A stretch of 64,000 bases of DNA from Gammaproteobacteria bacterium (GCA_965238175.1 CBDEGZ010000003.1:2560001-2624000), one strand, 5' to 3'. Positions 10,288 to 20,902 are shown, counted from the stretch's first letter. A program made the numbers and translations. The notes: a model not told the origin generated them from the sequence alone.

Positions 10288-10599
10288 CTCATGCTATCCT
10301 AAACCTTAATACAGTTATTAATGAATAATAGATATCACAGTATAAAGCATTGACGTGTTAAAATTTGGAGTTGGTTTGTCATGGTCGGAATAACTGTTGT
10401 GTGATTGTATCTTCACTCAAACAACAGCTAAATTTTGTAGAATGAAATAAATCGGAATAAAACAGATCGATATTTATCATGTATTCGGTAAAATAGTGCG
10501 TTTAATCAGACTATTAGCAATCTGGTTTATACAATTTATCATCTACATGAAAGGTACAGTTACTTATTTTGGTTTTAAACAAGTCATCAGGAAAAAATA

Positions 10600-11310
10600 A
10601 TGTTTTTAGATCCTTATTATTCAGAAAATAATTCGCAAATTTTGATCTCCAAAGATCAAGCGAGCAATTTTGCAAAAAATATCGCCAACGATTTTAATCC
10701 CCTTCACGATCCAGAAAATGCACGCTTTTGTGTCCCCGGCGATCTTTTATTTTCACTGGTATTAGCGAAGTGTGGCTTATATCAAAAAATGACCTTCGAA
10801 TTTTCCGGCATGGTTGGTGAAAATGTTCATCTTATTTTCCCAGATAATATTGATCAAAACTTTTCCATTACCGATGAGAAAGAAAAAGAATACCTGCATA
10901 TAGAAACTGAAGGTGACGTTTCTAATGATAAAAAAATGATCGCTAAATTGGCTGAAGGCTATGTTCAGTTCTCCGGTAAAACATTTCCTGATTTAATCGT
11001 CCCTTTAATGAAAGAAAACGATGTCATGATTAATGCAAGCCGACCAATGTTGATTTATCAAAGTATGTCGATCGAACTTGACACTATTTTAATCATCGAA
11101 CCATCTCTTGAGCTACATGAAACTAGCCTTTCAGTTCAAGGCCGTAAAGGAATTGCACTTGTTGAATTTGATGTAAAATCAGAAGAAAAAGTGATCGGAA
11201 AAGGCATTAAAACTTTGGCGCTGCGTGGGCTAAGCAAATTTGAACAAGAGACTGTTGATAAAATTGTTGATGACTATCAAACACGAAAAACCAATTTTGA
11301 AACCATCTGA
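10600..11310 (+). CDS. DUF3581 family protein
   Basis: QASNFAK..ANDFNPLHD...RFCVPGDLLF, FSG..FP, IN..RP..IYQSM. Confidence 0.8.
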   Translation: MFLDPYYSENNSQILISKDQASNFAKNIANDFNPLHDPENARFCVPGDLLFSLVLAKCGLYQKMTFEFSGMVGENVHLIFPDNIDQNFSITDEKEKEYLHIETEGDVSNDKKMIAKLAEGYVQFSGKTFPDLIVPLMKENDVMINASRPMLIYQSMSIELDTILIIEPSLELHETSLSVQGRKGIALVEFDVKSEEKVIGKGIKTLALRGLSKFEQETVDKIVDDYQTRKTNFETI

Positions 11311-11618
11311 AATTTATCACAATAATTTATTTCCAATTATTCAGTCACAATAATAGGAAATTATAATGAAAATACTTAATCTATTAATGCTTATGTTTTC
11401 ATTACTTTCAATATCTTTTACAACAAACAGCAAATCTGACTTTTCATACTTACACTACAAGGGATAGACATCATCGCTGTAAAAATCAAGAATTTTGATA
11501 AAGTTTTACCTTCCTAGATATAACACAAGATTAATAAACTGCAATCCGCAATGGATAAACTATTAGATCGATTGATAGACGAACATCATCAGCAAAACCA
11601 AAAATAATTTTTGATAAA

Positions 11619-12113
11619 CTACCGCTGGACACCGAGTTTATATTTATCACTCGTTTTCCTGACTTTTTTGGTCTGCGTCCGGTTAAGGCTCGTATTACCG
11701 ACAACACCACCTGATTTTTTAGATTTCAAACGGTTATTTACACTCACTGAATTTTTATCAGAAAGACCACTATATCGATAACGCTTGTCTTCTTCTATCT
11801 TTTCTTTTAGATCAGTAGAATTCAGATCGCGATTACCTATTTCACTCTCCTTTAACGCCTCTTTATCATCTCTTCGTTGGGGTAATTTATAACTCTTTGT
11901 AGAATTTCGATCTTGCTCAACGTCTTTCCCTTGTTGTGCTCTCGCCTGCTCTTTCAATTGTCGAATTTGTTCTTCCTTACGTTGTCGTTCTGCTGCTTTT
12001 TCTACATCAGTCATTCCGTCTTCTGCAGTTAAAACGGGCGTTACACTAGTAAACAGAACTGTAAGAAGTGCACTTGCGATCAAGTTTCGTTTTAAATTCA
12101 CTTTGCAAATCAT
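11619..12113 (-). CDS. Hypothetical exported, highly charged protein
   Basis: Signal peptide followed by a coiled-coil and Lys/Arg-rich region; SD-like GGAG upstream. Confidence 0.6.
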   Translation of the reverse strand: MICKVNLKRNLIASALLTVLFTSVTPVLTAEDGMTDVEKAAERQRKEEQIRQLKEQARAQQGKDVEQDRNSTKSYKLPQRRDDKEALKESEIGNRDLNSTDLKEKIEEDKRYRYSGLSDKNSVSVNNRLKSKKSGGVVGNTSLNRTQTKKVRKTSDKYKLGVQR

Positions 12114-12244
12114 ATTACATCTCCAAATTCATCCTCATAACCTTTCTCTCATAAAAAATAGCTTAAGCGATAGACTTATTCAATTGAAGCTATAGTTGTA
12201 TAGTTTTTGGTGAAAAGTTAGAAATACTGATCGAACAACTAAGA

Positions 12245-13618
12245 TCAAAAATTCATCCCTGGCGGCATTCCGCCGCCGGATCCACCACCCATTCCTCGCA
12301 TTAGGTTAGCCATGCCGCCTTTTTTCGACATTCGTTTCATCATTTTCTGCATTTGCATAAACTGCTTGAGTAGCTTATTTACATCTTGAACCTGGGTTCC
12401 AGAACCTGTGGCAATACGTTTTTTACGCGAAGCCTTAATAACCGCAGGAAATTTCCGCTCATTTGGTGTCATCGAATTAATAATCGCTACCGTCTTATTC
12501 ATTTCTTTGTCATTAACCTGTTCTTTCGCCTTATCAGGAATGTCTCCCATACCAGGAAGTTTCGTCATCAACCCAGCAACACCACCCATATTTTGCATTT
12601 GCAATAATTGCTCTTTGAAATCTTCCAGATCAAATCCTTTGCCTTTTTTGAGCTTCGTCGCCAGCTTGGCCGTTTTCTCTTTATCGACCTTTTGCTCAAC
12701 TTCTTCAATCAAACTCAACACATCACCCATGCCAAGAATTCGTGAAGCAATTCGATCAGGATAAAAAGGTTCTAACTCTGCAACCTTCTCGCCGACACCA
12801 ATAAATTTGATCGGCTTACCCGTGACATGTCGAACAGATAAAGCCGCACCACCGCGAGAATCACCATCGGTCTTGGTCAGAATCACACCGGTTAATGCTA
12901 ATGCTTCATCAAAAGCCTTCGCCGTCACCACCGCATCCTGCCCGGTCATACTATCGATCACAAACAAAGTTTCTACCGGTTTTAAAGCACCATGCAGAAG
13001 TTTGATCTCGTCCATCATTTGCTCATCAATGGCTAAACGACCTGCGGTATCGACGATCAAAACGTCACTGAATTCTTTACGCGCCTCCTCAATGGCACGT
13101 TTAGCAATATCTGCTGGCTTAGAATCTGCCTGGCTAGCGATAAAATTGACATCGACTTCTTTGGCGATGATTTCCAACTGTTCAATCGCTGCGGGTCGGT
13201 ATACGTCACAGCTGACAACTGACACTTTTTTGTTTTCTTTTTCTTTCAGGTGCTTCGCTAACTTACCAACACTGGTGGTTTTACCAGAACCTTGCAAACC
13301 TGCCATCAAAATTACAGCCGGCGGTTCCGTGTTTAAATTAAGCGACTCATTCACATCACCCATCAATGAGGTCAATTCATCATTCACCACCTTGATCAAA
13401 GCCTGACCCGGTGTTAACGAACCAACAACCTCTTCACCCACCGCACGCACTTTAACCTGATCAATAAATGCTTTAACGACAGGTAAAGCAACATCCGCCT
13501 CCAATAAAGCCATACGCACTTCACGCAACGCTTCCTCGATGTTGGCTTCTGTTAAACGCCCCTGACCACGGAGATTTTTTACAACTTTGTTAAAACGACT
13601 GGAAAGATTATCGAACAT
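12245..13618 (-). CDS. ffh: Signal recognition particle protein Ffh
   Basis: ALLEADV, GLQGSGKTT, DTAGR, TK.DGD.RGG, Met-rich M domain. Confidence 0.98.
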   Translation of the reverse strand: MFDNLSSRFNKVVKNLRGQGRLTEANIEEALREVRMALLEADVALPVVKAFIDQVKVRAVGEEVVGSLTPGQALIKVVNDELTSLMGDVNESLNLNTEPPAVILMAGLQGSGKTTSVGKLAKHLKEKENKKVSVVSCDVYRPAAIEQLEIIAKEVDVNFIASQADSKPADIAKRAIEEARKEFSDVLIVDTAGRLAIDEQMMDEIKLLHGALKPVETLFVIDSMTGQDAVVTAKAFDEALALTGVILTKTDGDSRGGAALSVRHVTGKPIKFIGVGEKVAELEPFYPDRIASRILGMGDVLSLIEEVEQKVDKEKTAKLATKLKKGKGFDLEDFKEQLLQMQNMGGVAGLMTKLPGMGDIPDKAKEQVNDKEMNKTVAIINSMTPNERKFPAVIKASRKKRIATGSGTQVQDVNKLLKQFMQMQKMMKRMSKKGGMANLMRGMGGGSGGGMPPGMNF

Positions 13619-13703
13619 TGGGTATTCCTGAATTGATTATGTGGTAGATTTTAGCACGAGTTTCATTTCATATAGAGTACCCAAGCTTTATAACTACTAT
13701 TCT

Positions 13704-14362
13704 CTATGCCCATTCAACCTCTGCTGGTAATTGAAAACTACTAAACTCAATATGAAGTATCCTGCGTTGACTAGGTAGAGTTCCTTTACTCGATGAATGA
13801 ATTAGGTGTGGCCTCATTACTAATGCTGAACCTTTTTTAGCAACACAATCTTTGACTTCATGTGAGTTCACATATGAACGTATTTCATTTTGAACTATGA
13901 CACCACAAGTATGACTTCGAGGCACAACTTTCATACAACCATTTTCTTTAGTCGCTTGATCTAAATGTATACGAAAAGTGATCATTTGATTTAGAACCTC
14001 TAACGGAGGCTGAACATGATGAGCTCTATCTCTCGTACTCCATGGTCCCCAACCTGGTTTCTCAAAACGTTCTGACACAGCAACGGTTTTATCTTGATGC
14101 CAAGATACTAGCCAGTTATTTTGAGATGTTTTGTTAAAAAGAATTGATCTTACAAACTTGGCTTTACCATTCAAATAAAAAGCGGCTTTTTCACGTAAGA
14201 GCCGGGAATTTATAAAATCCTCAATGGAAGCTACTTTTTCTCAATATTTCTTATCCCTCCTAAACCTTTAGAGCATTGAATTTGATCTACTTCATCAAGA
14301 ATTTTTTTAATATCTTCTTCACTAATAAAATCATCTATTAGCTCATAACCATGTTCTAGCAT
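13704..14362 (-). pseudogene. Phytanoyl-CoA dioxygenase (PhyH, Fe/2OG) family gene with a single-base frameshift
   Basis: Downstream frame has WHQD, RIHLD..T.ENG.M.V.P.SH, HSS, RRILH. Upstream frame from ATG 14362 (MLEHGYELIDDF...GGIRNIEKK*) joins it if one A is added to the A5 run at 14235-14239. Confidence 0.8.
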
Positions 14363-14622
14363 AACGAATAACCAATTATTTATGAGATCTACTTTTAACC
14401 AGATAATAAAAAACTAAGAATTAATAACAGTACAATAGAAAAACAAAAGAAAACGTAAATTAATAGTACATTTATCCAAATACGACGATTTTCAGTTATC
14501 TCGAAAACTAGTGGAATTTCAAGCAAATTTTTAACCTTGGCACAAAACCAAAAAGTATATTGTTCTTCAGAAAAAACAACATCCAGACAAATCCAATTCT
14601 GATAATAGAGCCTGTCATTATG

Positions 14623-15848
14623 TGTAGAAATTCAGATTTGATCTGACAGTTACCCAATTATCAGTAACCGACTGTCAGGTTAAGTTTAATTCACAAACTT
14701 TTCCTTCCAGATAGCTTGTCCGTCGATGAGTGTTTCCATCGGCGTCCTCCCGCAGCACATTTTGCCTTGGTGAGTTCGTTGAGTATTGTATTTGAGCAAC
14801 CATTCGTCAAGGTCGAGTTGCAGTTCATCAATCGATTGGTAAATTTTCTTACGCAAAGCGACTTGATAAAACTCATTGAGGATCGTCTTATGGAATCGCT
14901 CACAAATACCATTCGTCTGAGGTGATTTGACCTTGGTTTTGGTGTGTTCGATATTGTTCAACGCCATATAAAGCTGATAATCATGCTGGTCAGCTCGCCC
15001 ACAATACTCCGTCCCTCTATCTGTCAAAATGCGCAACATAGGCAAACGTTGTTCTTCGTAGAATGGGAGGACGCGGTCATTGAGCATGTCAGCTGCCGTA
15101 ATCGGTGTTTTAGTCGGGTACAGTTTCGCGTGAGCGACCTTGCTGTAAGTATCAACAAACGTTTGTTGATAAACCCGACCAATGCCTTTGAAAGTACCGA
15201 CATAGTAAGTATCTTGCGAGCCAAGATAACCAGGGTGTGCCGTCTCTATCTCGCCACAAGCCTCATCGTCGTCTTTCTTGCGTTCCATCGCCGCGACTTG
15301 AGACTCAGTGAGGATCAAGCCTTCACCAGCTACCTTATCAGACAATGCCTTCAGGCGATCTTTAAAGCAAGCAAGACCATGACGAAGCCAGATACAACGA
15401 ACGCCACTGGGTGAGACAAATGTTCCCCGTTTGCGCAGCTCGTTACTGGTGCGCGTTTGACCATGTGCGGGCTCTTCCAGTGCATACTCGAGCACAACGG
15501 TTTCAATAGCCGGGTCGATTCTGTTTTTAAGATTTGGGGTACGCCGATTACGATCAAACAAGGCTTCTACACCGCCTTCATCAGCCGCTTCTTTGTAGCG
15601 ATAAAATGTATCTCTGGACAAACCCATCATCTTGCAGGCTTTTGAGACATTGCCGAGTTCTTCAGCGAGATTGAGTAGACCAACTTTATGTTTTATAACT
15701 TTGTCATTAGTATGAATCATGAGAGTTACCTCTTTGTGTTTTGATGTTTACGTTGCAGTTACATCAAAGCGGGTAACTCTCACTAAATCAAGCGTCGCTA
15801 CGCTCCGCTTGATTTAGTGATGTGTCAGATTGGGTCTAAACTTCTACA
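14623..15848 (-). mobile_element. IS481-family insertion sequence, complete (1226 bp)
   Basis: TGT...ACA ends; 26-bp imperfect terminal IRs (tgtagaaattcagatttgatctgaca / tgtcagattgggtctaaacttctaca); flanks cattatg and ctttatg form a 7-bp target duplication with one mismatch. Confidence 0.9.
14686..15720 (-). CDS. IS481-family DDE transposase
   Basis: N-terminal HTH (GNVSKACKMMGLSRDTFYRY), QDT, TDRGTEY, PQTNGICERFH. Confidence 0.95.
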   Translation of the reverse strand: MIHTNDKVIKHKVGLLNLAEELGNVSKACKMMGLSRDTFYRYKEAADEGGVEALFDRNRRTPNLKNRIDPAIETVVLEYALEEPAHGQTRTSNELRKRGTFVSPSGVRCIWLRHGLACFKDRLKALSDKVAGEGLILTESQVAAMERKKDDDEACGEIETAHPGYLGSQDTYYVGTFKGIGRVYQQTFVDTYSKVAHAKLYPTKTPITAADMLNDRVLPFYEEQRLPMLRILTDRGTEYCGRADQHDYQLYMALNNIEHTKTKVKSPQTNGICERFHKTILNEFYQVALRKKIYQSIDELQLDLDEWLLKYNTQRTHQGKMCCGRTPMETLIDGQAIWKEKFVN

Positions 15849-16043
15849 CTTTATGTGACATTGGATATTCAACTTCAGAATATGGAATAATTAAATCACC
15901 AAATCTAAAATCATTCTCCATAAACTCCAGTTCACTTTCCCCTAAATCTTAATGAACAATTCCACCCATCACATCGACTTGAGCTTTACTTGCTCGTACA
16001 CTCTTAAAAATTGTTGTACTCATCTACTTTAAAGGTAAGCTCG

Positions 16044-16658
16044 TTAACCTGCTAAAACATCTATCATCTGTAGTTTTCCTTCAAACTGCAGTTGCTGTCC
16101 TTCATTTGAAAATTCTATTTTAATAGTTGTCCCTTTAATGAAATACTTAAACGAAGTATCAACGATACTTTCTTTTTCAAGAACTTCTATTGGTTGATCA
16201 AAATCAATATTAGATCTTTTAACTAGAAATAATTGTTCAGCTTTTAGTTCTTTAGCCAACCAAGCAGAAAGACTATCTGAAGTAACTGTCCAATTTTGTG
16301 GGATCTCTTGATTGTCTTTTAGTTGTTTTGATGGCAACCAAACAGGCGTTTGTTTGTTTTTTAGGGCTTCTCTAATTTGTTGCTCAGAATTCACAGCGAT
16401 CAATTTATGTTCAGGATCATGCTTCTCTGCCATACCGATCAAAAACAATCCAAATTGATCCATCGCATGTAGCGCCATTTCATGTGCGATTGGATCATTA
16501 AAATTATGTTGCTTTTGCGCATCACGAACTTGATCTGCAAAAGGTCCGCCACCGGGAACGATAACTACTTTTCCTGCGCCCTCCCCCGATAAAACTTCTA
16601 ACCATTCGATCAATTCTAGAGAATCAAAAAAACTACCGCCGAGTTTAACGACGATCAT
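16044..16658 (-). CDS. Amino-acid-kinase-family protein Orf21 (MfnE-like), methylofuran biosynthesis
   Basis: VVKLGGS, VPGGGPFAD.VR, AH.MAL.AMDQFG, W.VTSDSL; lies in the H4MPT cluster. Confidence 0.8.
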   Translation of the reverse strand: MIVVKLGGSFFDSLELIEWLEVLSGEGAGKVVIVPGGGPFADQVRDAQKQHNFNDPIAHEMALHAMDQFGLFLIGMAEKHDPEHKLIAVNSEQQIREALKNKQTPVWLPSKQLKDNQEIPQNWTVTSDSLSAWLAKELKAEQLFLVKRSNIDFDQPIEVLEKESIVDTSFKYFIKGTTIKIEFSNEGQQLQFEGKLQMIDVLAG

Positions 16659-16659
16659 A

Positions 16660-18048
16660 TTATTTGGAGGGTAAATCTTCTTGCGCGGATTTTAACAGCT
16701 TCAACATCGCTTCTGCTTTGTCGTAAGTTTCCTGGTATTCAGATTCCATTTCGGAATCCATCACGATTCCGCCGCCCGTTTGAACGTAAATTTTATCTTT
16801 ATCCCAAATCATCGTTCGTATCGCAATATTCGTATCTGACTGACCATCAAAACTGATGTAACCAATTGAGCCACAATAAACGCTGCGTCGATGTGGTTCT
16901 AACTCTTCAATGACTTCCATAGAACGAAGCTTAGGAGCACCTGTGATCGATCCACCCGGAAAAGCACCTTTGATCAGATCAAGAACGTGTTTTCCTTTCG
17001 CTAATTTTCCCGTCACAGTACTGACCAGATGATGAACTGTTTTATAACTTTCTACCGCAAATAATTTTGGAACAGAAACTGATCCTGTAGCACAATTTTT
17101 ACCAATATCATTTCTAAGCAGATCAACAATCATTACATTTTCAGCCTGATCTTTTTTGCTGTTTTTTAATTCTTCTGCAAGTTCTTGATCTCGTTTTTGA
17201 TCATCGCTTCTTGGTCGTGTTCCTTTGATTGGTTTTGTTTCTACATAATTATTTCTAATCAATAAAAACCGTTCCGGTGATGAACTTAAAATAGATCCTG
17301 AATCCGTTTTCATATAGACAGCAAAAGGCGCTGGATTCATTTTTCTGAGATTTTGGTATGCATCCCATTGATCACCAGTAACACTGGCTGAGAAACGTTG
17401 CGCGAGATTAACTTGATAACAGTCACCTTCATGTATGTAGTGCTTTATTCGATCAAATGCTTTTGCGTATTTTTCTTTTGTGAAATTAGAAATTATTTCT
17501 GATGTAACTTTAAATTTTTTATTAATTTTAGCGGGTTTTGATTTGCTACATATTCTGATCAACGTATCCCATTGATCAAATGTTTTTTCATCTCGTCCTT
17601 GCCCGACTAAGCAAGTTTTTTTTTGTTGGTGATCAACTATCACAGCCCAATCATATAAACCGATCATCATTTCTGGCAAATCAATATCTCTTTCTGCAGT
17701 CGCAGGTAAATCTTCTATCTGCCTGCCCAAATCATAACTGAAAAAACCGAGTGCTCCTCCTACAAAAGGCAAAGTTTTATCAAACGCTATCGTGTCACCA
17801 AGATAACGTTGCAAAACATCAAAGGGATCATCGCTGGTTAGCCATTGTTTATCTCCCTGAGTACACGTCGTCAACTTGTCATGGGTAGCGATTTGCAGGT
17901 AAGGATCAAATGAGAGTATGTCATAACGACCCAATGAAATATTTGGATATCCACTATCAAGAAAAATAAATCCTGTATTATTCGCAAGATGCCCAAAGGC
18001 TTCGCTGCTGTCTGGTGAATAAGGTAATTCAACTTTTCTCATGTTCAA
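16660..18048 (-). CDS. pabB: Aminodeoxychorismate synthase component I
   Basis: GDCYQVNLAQRF, SSSPERF, TKPIKGT, AENVMIVDLLRND, FPGGSITGAPK. Confidence 0.95.
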   Translation of the reverse strand: MNMRKVELPYSPDSSEAFGHLANNTGFIFLDSGYPNISLGRYDILSFDPYLQIATHDKLTTCTQGDKQWLTSDDPFDVLQRYLGDTIAFDKTLPFVGGALGFFSYDLGRQIEDLPATAERDIDLPEMMIGLYDWAVIVDHQQKKTCLVGQGRDEKTFDQWDTLIRICSKSKPAKINKKFKVTSEIISNFTKEKYAKAFDRIKHYIHEGDCYQVNLAQRFSASVTGDQWDAYQNLRKMNPAPFAVYMKTDSGSILSSSPERFLLIRNNYVETKPIKGTRPRSDDQKRDQELAEELKNSKKDQAENVMIVDLLRNDIGKNCATGSVSVPKLFAVESYKTVHHLVSTVTGKLAKGKHVLDLIKGAFPGGSITGAPKLRSMEVIEELEPHRRSVYCGSIGYISFDGQSDTNIAIRTMIWDKDKIYVQTGGGIVMDSEMESEYQETYDKAEAMLKLLKSAQEDLPSK

Positions 18049-18095
18049 TATTCTAAATTAATTATCTCGTAATTATCGCAGTTGTTGTCATCTAA

Positions 18096-19133
18096 TTATG
18101 TCAATAAAGCGGCACATGCCGTGGCCGGGGCACAAATAGCGGCTGCCTGCTTTAACATTTCATCACCCTCTATTAAATCTGCGAAATCAACATAAGGAAG
18201 GTTGTGCGATTCTGCAAGTTGTCTGATCAAAAACCGTCCAGCTCCTGTTCCAATAACCGGCAGTTTCTGATTATAACAACGTGTAGAAATTCGTGAACAA
18301 ACTCTCGCGACAGCTTTACTAATATTTTGTAGTTGTTGCCTTGCAATATATTGCGCCAGTTGTTGCCAAGCTGAAAGTTCTACTTCGTGCAAATCAAAAC
18401 CGACAACACGAGCAAGTCGTCTGGCACAATCGATCATGCTTGTCCCTTTTCCATCAGCTGTAGTAAACCCTGCATTTTCTGGAATGTCTTCGGTTAAGCA
18501 GTAGACATCTGCCATGGTTGAAAAATTCTCTGTTGTGATCTGCTGCCATTCGCCTGCAAATGGAACTTTAGAAACAACAGTGGCAACGGATGTTCTATTG
18601 ACACCTGTGTAAACCAGCTCGTCTTTTTGCAAACGTTCCTGATCACTAAAACCAACACTCATCGTTTTTTGATCAAAAAATGGAATAATATCTGTGGTAG
18701 TAGAACCTATATCGATCAATAAACCTTGTGGCATTTTTTTTGTTGATAAGAATGTGCTGGTAGCATGCCAATTTGCTGAAGCAATTTGGACTTCATTTCC
18801 TTCAATGCCACCAGCTTTTAGCCAGCCTTTTTCTGCAGCATATATGTTTATATCGCCAACCACTTTCTGTGAAAATAATGTAACTAGCCCTCTAACACCA
18901 CTGGTTCTATCAACAAAAATATCGGCTAATTCTCCTGTCATCGTAATTCCATGTTGTGCATTTTCCAGCAATATTTCTGGAAATGATTCGATTGCACGCT
19001 CTAAAACTTCCAAACCCTTCCAGATAGGCGTCTCAATTTGATCGACATAGATGACTGTTGAATCTTCATCGAGAACAACAATTTTTAAATGTGCTCCACC
19101 AATATCCCAACCAATTGTGTTATTTTTTTTCAT
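18096..19133 (-). CDS. Hydantoinase/oxoprolinase-family protein Orf9 (MfnF-like)
   Basis: GWDIGGAHLK, TMTGELADIF, ASANWHA, IDIGSTTTDI. Confidence 0.85.
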   Translation of the reverse strand: MKKNNTIGWDIGGAHLKIVVLDEDSTVIYVDQIETPIWKGLEVLERAIESFPEILLENAQHGITMTGELADIFVDRTSGVRGLVTLFSQKVVGDINIYAAEKGWLKAGGIEGNEVQIASANWHATSTFLSTKKMPQGLLIDIGSTTTDIIPFFDQKTMSVGFSDQERLQKDELVYTGVNRTSVATVVSKVPFAGEWQQITTENFSTMADVYCLTEDIPENAGFTTADGKGTSMIDCARRLARVVGFDLHEVELSAWQQLAQYIARQQLQNISKAVARVCSRISTRCYNQKLPVIGTGAGRFLIRQLAESHNLPYVDFADLIEGDEMLKQAAAICAPATACAALLT

Positions 19134-19146
19134 AAATAATAAATTT

Positions 19147-20130
19147 CTATAATTTTACGGTGACCATTTCAAATCTGGAATAGTCCAATTCAGGCAATTT
19201 ATTTTTACGAAAAATATCAAGAATCATTTCCGCTGGATTGGAACCGATTGATTCAGAAAGTGCGACATAGGATGTTGTTAAACGTGGATTGATCTCAATA
19301 ATAAAAATTTGATCTTTATTAATGATTAAATCTATCCCAACGTAACCCCTGAGCGTTGGTAATGCTTTAGCAATAGAACTGGCGAATTGATCAAATTGAT
19401 CTTTATATTCCAATAATCCATTCACTTTTGATCCAATGAATTTCAAGCAGTTATTAGATGTCTCAATCATTTGCTCATTATAACCGATGATGACAGATTG
19501 GCCCTGATCACACAGCATAGAAATACTTGCGGCTTTTCCCTTCTTATAGGGTTGTACAATCGCCCGCTCACATTGTGAAGCTGCTTCTGAAATTTCGGAA
19601 TTACTATGACAAATAAATATTTGCTCACTGCCAACACCTTTATCAGGCTTTACAATCCAAGCTCTATCACTTTCAAGATAATCTGTGCTTTCATCTACGA
19701 AATGAGTTTCTATAACAGGCATATTATGAGCAGCGAGTATATCTATCGTATGTTTTTTACTGGTTGTTTGTTTGATAACTTCAGGTGTGCTGCCGAGAAG
19801 TATCTTTTTCTGATCGAGAACAATTTGTGAAAGCATTTCAAGAATGTCATCTGACTCTGGTGCAATCGGTAAAACAGCATCAACTTTTTCACACAGGCTT
19901 TCAAATCTCGAAACGTAATTCTGTTCGATAAATACAACGTCGATATTTTCTGGAAAATCATCCATCAAAAGTCGTTTATCATACGTAACCGACAACTCCA
20001 CTTGTGATAATTTAACAAAATCTGCAACAACCGCAGCAAACATCATTTGTCCTTCTTTTTGCATACTGGGAGGAAGGTTTTCCTCAGCCAACCCACCACC
20101 CGTGATAAACTCTGAAATAAGGATTTTCAT
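19147..20130 (-). CDS. ATP-grasp protein Orf1 (MfnD-like tyramine-glutamate ligase)
   Basis: EFITGGG...EG..M, IAPE, VKP..G.GS, GYVGIDL, EINPRLTTSY. Confidence 0.8.
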   Translation of the reverse strand: MKILISEFITGGGLAEENLPPSMQKEGQMMFAAVVADFVKLSQVELSVTYDKRLLMDDFPENIDVVFIEQNYVSRFESLCEKVDAVLPIAPESDDILEMLSQIVLDQKKILLGSTPEVIKQTTSKKHTIDILAAHNMPVIETHFVDESTDYLESDRAWIVKPDKGVGSEQIFICHSNSEISEAASQCERAIVQPYKKGKAASISMLCDQGQSVIIGYNEQMIETSNNCLKFIGSKVNGLLEYKDQFDQFASSIAKALPTLRGYVGIDLIINKDQIFIIEINPRLTTSYVALSESIGSNPAEMILDIFRKNKLPELDYSRFEMVTVKL

Positions 20131-20141
20131 CGAAAAATATT

Positions 20142-20843
20142 ATGCAAATTATTCCTGTTGTTGATCTTAAAGATGGTCATGTTGTTCGTGCTATTAAGGG
20201 AAACCGATCAAAGTATCAACCGATTCAATCTCCACTGTCTTCATCATCTGAACCTGAAGAGATAATTTCGGGATTACTTAAGCTCACTAACTCAAATATT
20301 ATATATATTGCTGACTTGAATGCGATTGAAGGTTCTGGCAATCATTTCGAAACCTTACTTTCAATTTCCACAAAGTTTAGCCATATTAACTTTTGGGTTG
20401 ATGCCGGTTTTAAATCGATAGATCAAATAAATTTATGGAAAAAGATCGACCACTTTAAACCCGTCATTGGTACAGAAAGCCACACTGAAACCAAAACGCT
20501 TCTGCCATTACTTAGCAAGAATTCTATCTTATCACTCGATTTTAAAAATGATCTTTTAATTGGACCAACCGAAATATTAAACACACCGGATATCTGGCCG
20601 GATGTGGTAATCATTATGGCCTTAGATCGTATCAGTAGCCACTTTGGTCCTAACATAAACTTACTTAATCGAATCAAAGAACTCTCATCGAGTAAGAACT
20701 ATTTTGTTGCAGGAGGTGTACGCGATCAATCTGATCTTGACGTCCTTAAAAAAGCTCAACCTGCAGGTGTTTTACTATCAACCGCGCTTCATAATCTAAC
20801 TATTTCTATCAATTATCAGGTTTTAGAAAAAACTAACAAATGA
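20142..20843 (+). CDS. HisA/HisF-related TIM-barrel protein Orf17
   Basis: IIPVVDLKDG.VVRA..G.R..YQP, YIADL.AI, WVDAG, AGGVR. Confidence 0.85.
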   Translation: MQIIPVVDLKDGHVVRAIKGNRSKYQPIQSPLSSSSEPEEIISGLLKLTNSNIIYIADLNAIEGSGNHFETLLSISTKFSHINFWVDAGFKSIDQINLWKKIDHFKPVIGTESHTETKTLLPLLSKNSILSLDFKNDLLIGPTEILNTPDIWPDVVIIMALDRISSHFGPNINLLNRIKELSSSKNYFVAGGVRDQSDLDVLKKAQPAGVLLSTALHNLTISINYQVLEKTNK

Positions 20844-20847
20844 CAGA

Positions 20848-20879
20848 CAAAAAAATACCCCGACTAGCGGGGTATCTTT
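20848..20879. terminator. Bidirectional Rho-independent terminator between orf17 and fae
   Basis: ataccccg-actag-cggggtat stem with A-run before and T-rich sequence after. Confidence 0.8.
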
Positions 20880-20902
20880 AGTTTAATTTGAATAATTACA
20901 AA

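Larger units (their letters stand above)
14395..16023 (-). pseudogene. Small membrane-anchored hypothetical gene split by IS481, with an extra in-frame stop
   Basis: ATG 16023 MSTTIFKS...IVH*DLGE...YPMSH continues in frame on the other side of the IS as HNDRLYY...hydrophobic tail, TAA 14395-14397. Confidence 0.6.

Noticed and set aside
11366-11600. Short signal-peptide-like ORF (MKILNLLML...) and fragments
   Set aside because: About 43 codons, broken frames, no recognisable family; probably a decayed remnant
12386-13406. Long antisense ORFs over ffh (likewise over cusA, fae, fhcA, pyrD)
   Set aside because: Shadow frames of well-conserved genes
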